From Patescibacteria group bacterium (lineage in GTDB: Bacteria > Patescibacteriota > Minisyncoccia > UBA6257 > GWB1-50-10): 45,189 nucleotides of DNA. A program made the translations under genes and the position numbers. This document shows, one piece after another, positions 1 through 6,767 of the stretch. Position 1 is the first letter of the stretch; each line of letters begins with the position of its first letter. The notes under the pieces were generated by a model. The model did not search any database. It was not told where the DNA came from and was given only the letters and a program-made list of their open reading frames with translations. Where the stretch lies: NCBI GenBank assembly GCA_038065455.1, contig JBBTQX010000005.1, forward strand, positions 1-45,189. The letters run 5' to 3'.

Positions 1-338
1 GACGCGCAAATGCTAGGCGAAATACTAAAAACCGACGACCTCCCCTCCAAAAAATCCTCCCTCCAAAAAATCTTCGGCTCGAACCTCACACTACAAGCGC
101 GCGAAGGCTAAAGCATTGCTGTTTGTATCTAATCGCTTCGCTCTTAGACAAACAGGGAACGCGCGGCGTGCCCATGAATCCGTGGTTTTTCCTCGATGAG
201 GAAAAACAAAAATTAGGGAAAATCCCTTTGAGTTCTATTTTAGTGCGCGGGAGAGGATTTGAACCTCCAAGCCTTATGCAGGCACCAGCACCTCAAGCTG
301 GCGTGTTTACCGGGTTTCACCACCCGCGCGTATTTTAA
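1..338 (+). pseudogene. C-terminal part of a CPR-type large serine recombinase, interrupted by a 53-nt insertion and reading antisense into tRNA-Leu
   Basis: Frame 1 reads DAQMLGEILKTDDLPSKKSSLQKIFGSNLTLQARE then stops at 109-111. Removing 107-159 restores ...AREARGVPMNPWFFL...SSILVRGRG, which runs into the tRNA 3' end. I recognise this as resembling C-termini of tRNA-associated CPR recombinases; no catalytic domain is in the window. Confidence 0.55.
244..329 (-). tRNA. tRNA-Leu(GAG)
   Basis: Reverse complement folds to a cloverleaf with anticodon arm ccagc-ttGAGgt-gctgg, long variable arm and GGTTCAAATCC T-loop. CCA is not encoded. Confidence 0.93.
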
Positions 339-659
339 TTAAACTTTAAGCTTCTCCCTAACCTTCTTGCTGGAGAGCTTGCGGACGAAATAGAACTTGG
401 AGCGATGGACTTTTTTCGGGGAGGAAAGTATCTCCACCTTGGATATGGTCATGGCATTTATCGGAAAAACTTTTTCCACTCCCACCTCCTGGAGAACAGC
501 CCGGACGATAAAAGTGCCGCCGGACTCGTTGCCGTGCTTCCGGGAAATCACAAGACCCTCGAAAGCGCTCAGACGCTCTTTGTCCCCTTCTTTGATTTTT
601 TCCCAAACCCGGACTTTCGCCCCGGTCTTTATTTTCTTCAAAATCTCAGCATTTATCAT
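339..659 (-). CDS. rplS: 50S ribosomal protein L19
   Basis: KIKEGDKER..AFEGLVI, GVEKVFP, RSKFYFVR motifs of bL19. Confidence 0.97.
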   Translation of the reverse strand: MINAEILKKIKTGAKVRVWEKIKEGDKERLSAFEGLVISRKHGNESGGTFIVRAVLQEVGVEKVFPINAMTISKVEILSSPKKVHRSKFYFVRKLSSKKVREKLKV

Positions 660-667
660 AGGCTTTC

Positions 668-696
668 AGTCTAGCAATAATACTTTTTTGGGTCAA
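668..696 (-). promoter_or_regulatory. Putative sigma70 promoter for rplS
   Basis: TTGACC-17 nt-TAGACT on the minus strand, 8 nt upstream of the ATG (near-leaderless). Confidence 0.55.
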
Positions 697-709
697 GATA
701 AATGAAGAA

Positions 710-852
710 GCTCCGCAAGCAAGGAATTTCTCGGAACCGAGGTTCGCTTGCTCCGGCGGCAAGCACCCTCTGCACTCTCGGCGAAAAAGTCCTTGCGGAC
801 ACCAAGCTTTTTCGCCTCCGAGAGCTTCCTCAAAACTCCTTGTTTGTGGAGC
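710..852 (+). repeat. Multibranched palindromic element A (candidate structured ncRNA or ssDNA element)
   Basis: Closing stem gctccgcaagcaagga / tccttgtttgtggagc encloses three internal hairpins. Both stem imperfections are G-U(T) pairs on the + strand. Confidence 0.6.
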
Positions 853-870
853 AAAAATAAAACATTGGGA

Positions 871-1056
871 AAGCGAATCTCGGTAAGTCGGAAAAGTGGG
901 TAAAAGCTCCGCTTTTTATCGACATCGCTCGGACAAAACAAAAACGTTGTTTTTACTTTGCTCCTCGCTCGTCGATATAAGACTTGGGGTGGGATAATCA
1001 CCGCGAGCGGTGATTATCCGGAGATGCACACTTTTTCGGCTTGCCGGGATTCGCTT
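871..1056 (+). repeat. Multibranched palindromic element B (candidate structured ncRNA or ssDNA element)
   Basis: 28-bp closing stem (871-898 with 1029-1056) has four differences, all G-U compatible on +. Contains internal hairpin ggataatcaccgc-ga-gcggtgattatcc. Confidence 0.65.
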
Positions 1057-1795
1057 AAAATTCCTCTTTCGACTCTTTTATTTGAAGACTCTCCAAAAAA
1101 TCCGTGAGTTCGCCGGGAAGCTCCGCCTCTATTTTGATTCGGCTACCGTCTTCCAAATTAAACTCCGCTGATTCCGCATGAAGAAACTGTCGGGTCAATT
1201 CCAACTCTTTGCCTAGCTCCCCATCCTCTTTTTTATTCCCGTAGAGCCGATCGCCCACGATCGGGTGGCCGATTGAAGCGAGATGGACTCGGATTTGATG
1301 CGTCCGGCCCGTCTCCGAAAATATCCTCAATAGTGAGTACTTCCCTTTTAAAACCTTGAGCACTTTATATTCCGTGACCGCCTCCTTAACCATCTTCAAA
1401 TTCTTGCCGTTCACACTCCTTTTGACGGAGCCGGAGATTAACCCGATAGGTTTTTCTATCCGCCCCTTCCCAGTCATCCGTCCGTGAACCAAAGCCAGAT
1501 AGGTTTTTTTCACTTCATGTTTCTGAAAAAGTCCTTTCAGGTGGCTGAAAAAATGCTGATTTTTGGCTATAAGCAGGATGCCGGAAGTGTCTTCATCCAA
1601 TCGATGGACTATTCCGGGACGCAAAAAAGACTCGTCTCCCACCTCTTTAGTCTCCGGATAGTGCTCCTTTATCCAATCCGTAAGCACACTCTCCTTCTGA
1701 GCCGATTTAGGGCCCTTTTCGGGCCTATGGACAAGCATCCCGGCGGGCTTATTTATGGCCACAAAATCGTCATTTTCGTAGATTATATCTATCAT
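1055..1795 (-). CDS. RluA/RluD-family pseudouridine synthase (no S4 domain)
   Basis: NKPAG, GIVHRLDEDTSG, TGRTHQIRVH, HPIVGD.LY, LHA motifs. Confidence 0.95.
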   Translation of the reverse strand: MIDIIYENDDFVAINKPAGMLVHRPEKGPKSAQKESVLTDWIKEHYPETKEVGDESFLRPGIVHRLDEDTSGILLIAKNQHFFSHLKGLFQKHEVKKTYLALVHGRMTGKGRIEKPIGLISGSVKRSVNGKNLKMVKEAVTEYKVLKVLKGKYSLLRIFSETGRTHQIRVHLASIGHPIVGDRLYGNKKEDGELGKELELTRQFLHAESAEFNLEDGSRIKIEAELPGELTDFLESLQIKESKEEF

Positions 1796-1846
1796 TTAAG
1801 CCCATTATAGACTGTTCCTTAATCTTGCGGAAGCGGCATCCTGGGA

Positions 1847-1874
1847 TTGACTTTTTTAACGAGTATGATACAAT
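1847..1874 (+). promoter_or_regulatory. Putative sigma70 promoter with extended -10
   Basis: TTGACT...TGa-TACAAT upstream of the 3D-domain gene. Confidence 0.5.
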
Positions 1875-1927
1875 GTGCTTATAAGTATTAATCTCCCATG
1901 GAAGGGGGTTTTTTGTTGGGAAAAACT

Positions 1928-2362
1928 ATGGAAACAATCAAAAAATATCTATTGCCCATATTTTACGGGATTCTTATCCTCCAGCCTACCTTCGGCGCTT
2001 TGCCGGTCGTGTCTGAAGTCGTTGCGGCGGATAAACCGATTGCCGGACCGGAAACCATCCAGGTTTGGGTCACGGCCTATTCGAGCACTCCGGAAGAGAC
2101 CGACAACTCGCCTTTCACTACCGCTTCCAACAAGGATGTTCAAGATGGCTTTTTGGCCGCGAATTTCCTGCCCTTCGGCACCAAGGTGAAGATACCAGCC
2201 CTTTTCGGCGATAAGATTTTCACGGTGGAAGACCGGATGCATCGGCGCAAAATCAACTTCGTGGATGTTTGGATGACCACTAAAAAAGAAGCACTTAAAT
2301 TCGGCATTCATCGGACGGATATAGAAATAATTCATTATCCCCCGCTGGCCAACGCAAAATAG
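1928..2362 (+). CDS. Secreted 3D-domain protein (putative lytic transglycosylase)
   Basis: Signal peptide, then VTAYSS...TD..PF.TAS, AANFLPFGTKV, VEDRM, DVWM and A..FG motifs. Start taken at METIKK. Confidence 0.85.
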   Translation: METIKKYLLPIFYGILILQPTFGALPVVSEVVAADKPIAGPETIQVWVTAYSSTPEETDNSPFTTASNKDVQDGFLAANFLPFGTKVKIPALFGDKIFTVEDRMHRRKINFVDVWMTTKKEALKFGIHRTDIEIIHYPPLANAK

Positions 2363-2390
2363 AAAAAACCGCTGAATAAGCGGTTTTTTT
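2363..2390. terminator. Bidirectional intrinsic terminator
   Basis: aaaaaaccgct-gaata-agcggtttttt between convergent genes. Confidence 0.85.
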
Positions 2391-3000
2391 ATTTTAAAGC
2401 CATTTTATAATTTTCTTCGGCTTTTGCCCAATTCACCACGTTCCACCAAGCGCTGATATAATCCAACCGCTTGTTCTGATACTTCAGATAGTAGGCGTGC
2501 TCCCAAACATCTATTCCCAATACTGGTTTAAGGCCGCTCGAAATCGGATTATCCTGGTTTGCCGTCTGGATAATCTTCAAGGCATTATTTTCGCCTGTTG
2601 CGAGCCAGGCCCAGCCGCTACCGAAGACGCCCGCCGCGGCCTTAGTGAATTCTTCCTGAAATTTTTCGAATGTGCCGAAAGTTTTGACTACCGCTTTGGC
2701 GAGCTCGCCTGTCGCGGCTCCTCCGCCTTGGGGCTTCATCAGCTCCCAGAACATCGAATGATTGAAGTGACCGCCACCATGGTTTCGGATTGGAGTTTTC
2801 AAAGCATCCGGCGCATTCTGGAGACCGATCAATAAATCCCTTATCGGCTTGTCTTTAAATTCGGAATAATTCGCGAGCGCCTCATTCAGCTTCGCAACGT
2901 AGGTCGCGTGATGCTTCGTGTGGTGAATTTCCATCGTCTTCGCGTCGATGAAGGGTTCGAAGGCATCGTACGCGTACGGCAATTTGGGCAATTCATACAT
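2389..3000 (-). CDS. sodA: Fe/Mn superoxide dismutase
   Basis: [31 protein letters not shown]. The GGG motif suggests Mn-type. Confidence 0.95.
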   Translation of the reverse strand: MYELPKLPYAYDAFEPFIDAKTMEIHHTKHHATYVAKLNEALANYSEFKDKPIRDLLIGLQNAPDALKTPIRNHGGGHFNHSMFWELMKPQGGGAATGELAKAVVKTFGTFEKFQEEFTKAAAGVFGSGWAWLATGENNALKIIQTANQDNPISSGLKPVLGIDVWEHAYYLKYQNKRLDYISAWWNVVNWAKAEENYKMALK

Positions 3001-3071
3001 AGGAATAATTATAGCAAAAAGGTTGCTCTATTCCTCCAAATATGAGAAGGTTGGTATGCTCGCGAAAAAAT

Positions 3072-4523
3072 ATGTCTCAAAACGATGTCATACTTCGGTT
3101 CAATAAGGTTTCTTTTGAATACGGCCAAAAAGCTATTTTGAAAGAGGCCGATTTCTCCGTACGGAAAGGCTCGAAGGTTACCCTGATGGGCCAAAATGGC
3201 GCCGGCAAAAGCACTATCTTCCGCCTGATTACCGGCGATATATTTCCCGAATCCGGAATGGTAAGCGTCAATGATAATCTCTCGATTGCGACCGCCCGGC
3301 AAGTCGTTTCGCGCGACCAGTTGGAGCTCACGGTACGGGAATTCTTCGAAAAAGCCTTCGTCGAAAAAATATACAACATCGAGCCGCGCATCGACAAAAT
3401 CCTGGAAGTCATCCATCTCGCCGTTCCCCAGAACAAGAAATTAGGTTCTCTCTCGGGCGGCCAGCAGGCCCGCCTGCTTCTAGCCCAGGCGCTCATCCAA
3501 GACCCCGATATTCTCCTCTTGGACGAACCAACCAACAATTTGGACAAGCAGGGCATTACCCATCTCACGGAGTTTCTTATTGAATACAAAAAAACTTGCA
3601 TCGTCATTTCGCACGATGCCGATTTCTTGAATGCCTTCACCCACGGCGTGCTTTATCTGGATGTTTTCACGAAGAAGGTGGAGCAGTACGCCGGCGACTA
3701 TTTCAAAGTGGTGGAGGATATCAAAGCCCGACTGGAACGCGAACGGATGAAAAACGCCAGATTGGAAAAAGATATCCAGAATCGGAAGGACCAGGCAAAC
3801 TTTTTCGCCCAGAAGGGCGGACACATGCGAGATGTCGCCAAAAAGATGAATAAAAAAATCGACGAATTGTCGGAAGAAATCGTGGAGCTTCGCCAGGAAG
3901 ACCGGACTATCCGGAATTTCTTCATCCCCTGCCAAGAAGGGCTCGCCGGCCGAATTCTGGAATTAAAATCGGTCTCCATTATGGTCGGCCATAAGCCGAC
4001 GGTCAAAAAAGTGGATGTATCGCTCAAGAAAAAAGAACGCCTGCTTCTGACGGGACCGAACGGCATCGGCAAGACGACGCTTTTGAACATGCTCGCGACC
4101 GGCCACGCCAAAGGCGAACATATTCCGCCAGGAATTCGCATCAGCTACTACCGCCAGGATTTTTCGACACTCGACTTCGAAAAAACCGTCTATCAGACCC
4201 TCTTGGGCGTAATCGGAAAAAAAACGGAAGAAGAGCTCCGCTCCTGCGCCGCCGGTTTCCTCTTGGACGGAGAGATTTTAAAAACCAAGATCGGCTCCCT
4301 TTCCGAAGGCCAGAAAGGATTGGTCGCCTTCGCCGCGATAACTTTAGAGCATCCGGGGCTCCTCATTCTCGACGAGCCGACGAACCACATCAACTTCCGC
4401 CATATTCCCGTCATCGCGCAAGCGCTCGATCGCTATGAAGGAGCGATGATACTGGTCAGCCATGTGCCGGACTTCGTGAAGCAGATACGGATAGATTACA
4501 CGCTGAACCTCGCGGCACTTTAA
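3072..4523 (+). CDS. ABC-F family ATP-binding protein
   Basis: Two ABC cassettes (GQNGAGKST/LSGGQ/LLLDEPTN and GPNGIGKTT/LILDEPTNH), helical linker, no TM segments. Confidence 0.93.
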   Translation: MSQNDVILRFNKVSFEYGQKAILKEADFSVRKGSKVTLMGQNGAGKSTIFRLITGDIFPESGMVSVNDNLSIATARQVVSRDQLELTVREFFEKAFVEKIYNIEPRIDKILEVIHLAVPQNKKLGSLSGGQQARLLLAQALIQDPDILLLDEPTNNLDKQGITHLTEFLIEYKKTCIVISHDADFLNAFTHGVLYLDVFTKKVEQYAGDYFKVVEDIKARLERERMKNARLEKDIQNRKDQANFFAQKGGHMRDVAKKMNKKIDELSEEIVELRQEDRTIRNFFIPCQEGLAGRILELKSVSIMVGHKPTVKKVDVSLKKKERLLLTGPNGIGKTTLLNMLATGHAKGEHIPPGIRISYYRQDFSTLDFEKTVYQTLLGVIGKKTEEELRSCAAGFLLDGEILKTKIGSLSEGQKGLVAFAAITLEHPGLLILDEPTNHINFRHIPVIAQALDRYEGAMILVSHVPDFVKQIRIDYTLNLAAL

Positions 4524-4591
4524 TCTCCGTTTAAAATCTGAAATGGTGGACCTTAGGGGAATCTCCTATCTCCCGGATGTCCCGATAACTT

Positions 4592-4667
4592 TGGTGGACC
4601 CGACCGGATTCGAACCGGTGACCTCCTCGTTGCAAACGAGGCGCTCTACCAACTAAGCTACGGGCCC
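4592..4667 (-). tRNA. tRNA-Ala(TGC)
   Basis: gggcccgtagcttagttggtagagcg...ttTGCaa...ggttcgaatcc...tccacca; CCA encoded. Confidence 0.96.
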
Positions 4668-4676
4668 TCGAGGCTG

Positions 4677-4748
4677 TGGGTGTGGAAGGAATCGAACCTT
4701 CGACCTCTGTCTTATCAGGACAGCGTTCTACCACTGAACTACACACCC
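4677..4748 (-). tRNA. tRNA-Ile(GAT)
   Basis: gggtgtgtagttcagtggtagaacg-ctgtc-ctGATaa-gacag...ggttcgattcc. Confidence 0.95.
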
Positions 4749-4764
4749 GAGTTAAATTACCAAG

Positions 4765-4808
4765 CCGACGCTCCGGTCGGCTCTCCGACCTCGCTCCGCG
4801 AGCGTCGG
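4765..4808. repeat. Small three-way-junction palindrome
   Basis: ccgacgctc...gagcgtcgg closing stem with ggtcgg-ctct-ccgacc and cgc-tcc-gcg arms. Confidence 0.6.
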
Positions 4809-4873
4809 AGCTGAACTATGTGCCCGACTGACTATTTTTACACTTTATTCGGCTATTTTTCAATAAGGCCTCA

Positions 4874-5065
4874 TTATTTTATAAGTTTGAGACTCTCGAA
4901 GCCTTGCGTGTCGAATTTCACGGCGGCGGCCGAAGGCGCCGGCACTTCGAGCGCATTTTCCAACGTTCCGCCAATCGAAACGATACTCCAAATGGCAAAA
5001 CCGCCAACCAAGAGGCATATAAGGACGGCTAAGAACAGGAAAATGGTTTGTTTTTTTTTAAACAT
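4874..5065 (-). CDS. Small single-pass membrane protein
   Basis: 63 aa, basic N-terminus plus TM helix, downstream of the PilO-like gene. Confidence 0.6.
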   Translation of the reverse strand: MFKKKQTIFLFLAVLICLLVGGFAIWSIVSIGGTLENALEVPAPSAAAVKFDTQGFESLKLIK

Positions 5066-5070
5066 AATTT

Positions 5071-5208
5071 ACCCGGTAGTAGAAACTCGATTGCGAAGCG
5101 AGTGATTTTCAATATTTTTATTGGATATCATTTGTATTAATTATAGCTTTTTAATTCGGGTATTTTATAATTCTTGCGAAGAATATCATCGAGTTTTCAC
5201 TACCGGGT
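5071..5208. mobile_element. MITE/ERIC-like family 1 element, divergent copy
   Basis: Terminal inverted repeats acccggtagtagaaactcgat / atcgagttttcactaccgggt around an AT-rich core; directly follows the TAA stop of the PilO-like gene. Confidence 0.7.
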
Positions 5209-5736
5209 TTATCTGTAAAAAACTCGGGCGCTCACCGACATCGTGAGTTTTGTTCCGTCGCTATTGATGGAAATCTTGTCGATAGAATTCAAATACCGGA
5301 ATTCCTGAAGAGATTTTATAAACGACATCAGAGAAGAGAAGTTCTCGGAACCCGTAACCAAACTAAAGGAGATTGTTCCGAGACCCTGTCCAGATTTGGG
5401 CGTTTCGCCGGCAAAAGAAAATCCGTATTCGACATTGTTCCGCGCCGCGAGCGTTTGTATGTCCCGATTGAGATTTATAAGCTGGTCATATGACGGAATA
5501 ATGTTATAAAGAACATTCAGATAATCCTTGGCTTTTGAATTGTATTGGGAACGCAAATTAGCCAAATCTCCGGCTGAAGTCGTCCGACTCGCGAGAGAAG
5601 CTCGAGCCGTCTCAATTTTACCCATATAATCGGCCATATTGCCCTTAAAAAAGAGAATGCCTCCGAAAAGCGCGGCCACGAGAAGAAATGTGACGCTCGC
5701 CTCAATGATTAATTTCTTTTTGAAATGATTTTCCAT
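5209..5736 (-). CDS. PilO/GspM-like membrane protein
   Basis: N-terminal TM helix, coiled coil, ferredoxin-like C-terminus (F..L..F..SL...RY...ID.ISI). Confidence 0.55.
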   Translation of the reverse strand: MENHFKKKLIIEASVTFLLVAALFGGILFFKGNMADYMGKIETARASLASRTTSAGDLANLRSQYNSKAKDYLNVLYNIIPSYDQLINLNRDIQTLAARNNVEYGFSFAGETPKSGQGLGTISFSLVTGSENFSSLMSFIKSLQEFRYLNSIDKISINSDGTKLTMSVSARVFYR

Positions 5737-5769
5737 TCCTTTGTTCTATTATAGCTCATTTAACCTATA

Positions 5770-6648
5770 ATGATTAGAACTGCGATGGAAACTATCCGCC
5801 CAGACGAAGCGAATTATCCGAAACTTTTGAAAGAGCTGGAAAACGCTCCTTCCCCTCTTTATTTCACCGGCTCTCTGCCGAAGGCAAACGACGTATTGGT
5901 GGCTATCGTGGGCACGAGAAAAGCCGGCCGGGAAGGCCTTTTGGCGGCCAAGCAGATCGCCTCTGGCCTCTCCAAGGCCGGTGCGATCGTCGTAAGCGGA
6001 CTTGCTCTTGGTATCGACGGAGCGGCGCACGAAGGCGCGGTCGCGGCGCATGGCCGAACGATTGCCGTTCTCGGCACCGGCGCGGATTTCATTTATCCCG
6101 CCGCCCACGAAAATCTCGCCCGTGAAATATTAGAGAACGGCGGGGCGATATTCTCGGAATATTCGCCGGGAACGCCGTCTCTCCCTTATCAATTTTTGGA
6201 ACGGAATAGAATCATCAGCGGACTCTCTGTCGCAACCGTGGTTATCGAAGCGCCGGCCCGTTCGGGCGCGCTTGCGACGGCCCGCTTCGCTTTGGAGCAG
6301 GGCCGGGAACTTTTCGTCGTGCCCGGCCCAGCCGTGAGCCAGAATTATCGCGGCTCCCATATGCTTTTAAGGAACGGCGCCCGAGTCGTAACTTCCGCCG
6401 AAGAGATATTGGAAGACCTGGAAATCATCATGGAAAATCTCCAAATGGCCCTGCCGCTTGCGGAGAAAAAAGGAAGCAATTCCGCGATTATTGAAGCTCT
6501 CAAAAATTCGCCGGAGCCGCTCACAGTTGACAAGCTGGCGGAAAACACTAATCTTGAAATTCATATACTCAATCAGCGCCTGACTCTTCTGACTATGGAG
6601 GGGTTGATAGAAGAGAAGGGCGGCCGATTCAGATTAACCAGGCAGTAG
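5770..6648 (+). CDS. dprA: DNA-processing protein DprA
   Basis: YP..L, VAIVGTR, VSGLALGIDG.AH, F..RNRIISGLS, SGAL.TA..A..QGR, C-terminal winged helix; adjacent to topA. Start may be 5785. Confidence 0.96.
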   Translation: MIRTAMETIRPDEANYPKLLKELENAPSPLYFTGSLPKANDVLVAIVGTRKAGREGLLAAKQIASGLSKAGAIVVSGLALGIDGAAHEGAVAAHGRTIAVLGTGADFIYPAAHENLAREILENGGAIFSEYSPGTPSLPYQFLERNRIISGLSVATVVIEAPARSGALATARFALEQGRELFVVPGPAVSQNYRGSHMLLRNGARVVTSAEEILEDLEIIMENLQMALPLAEKKGSNSAIIEALKNSPEPLTVDKLAENTNLEIHILNQRLTLLTMEGLIEEKGGRFRLTRQ

Positions 6649-6762
6649 AAATGCGATCATATAAAATTCGAATTGGATGATATTGGAAAAATGCTTAATG
6701 TTTGTGTAAAAATATATAACGGAATTATTACTGCGATTCGAAATCGCATTTTCACTGCCTGG
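6638..6762. mobile_element. MITE/ERIC-like family 1 element
   Basis: ccaggcagtagaaatgcgat ... atcgcattttcactgcctgg with AT-rich core; supplies the dprA TAG stop. Confidence 0.8.
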
Positions 6763-6767
6763 TAAAA

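Noticed and set aside
693-1001. 102-aa minus-strand ORF over the structured region
   Set aside because: No recognisable motifs; it lies entirely on inverted repeats and is most likely a by-product.
2967-2978. Palindrome cgtacgcgtacg in sod
   Set aside because: It encodes the conserved PYAY motif; coincidental.
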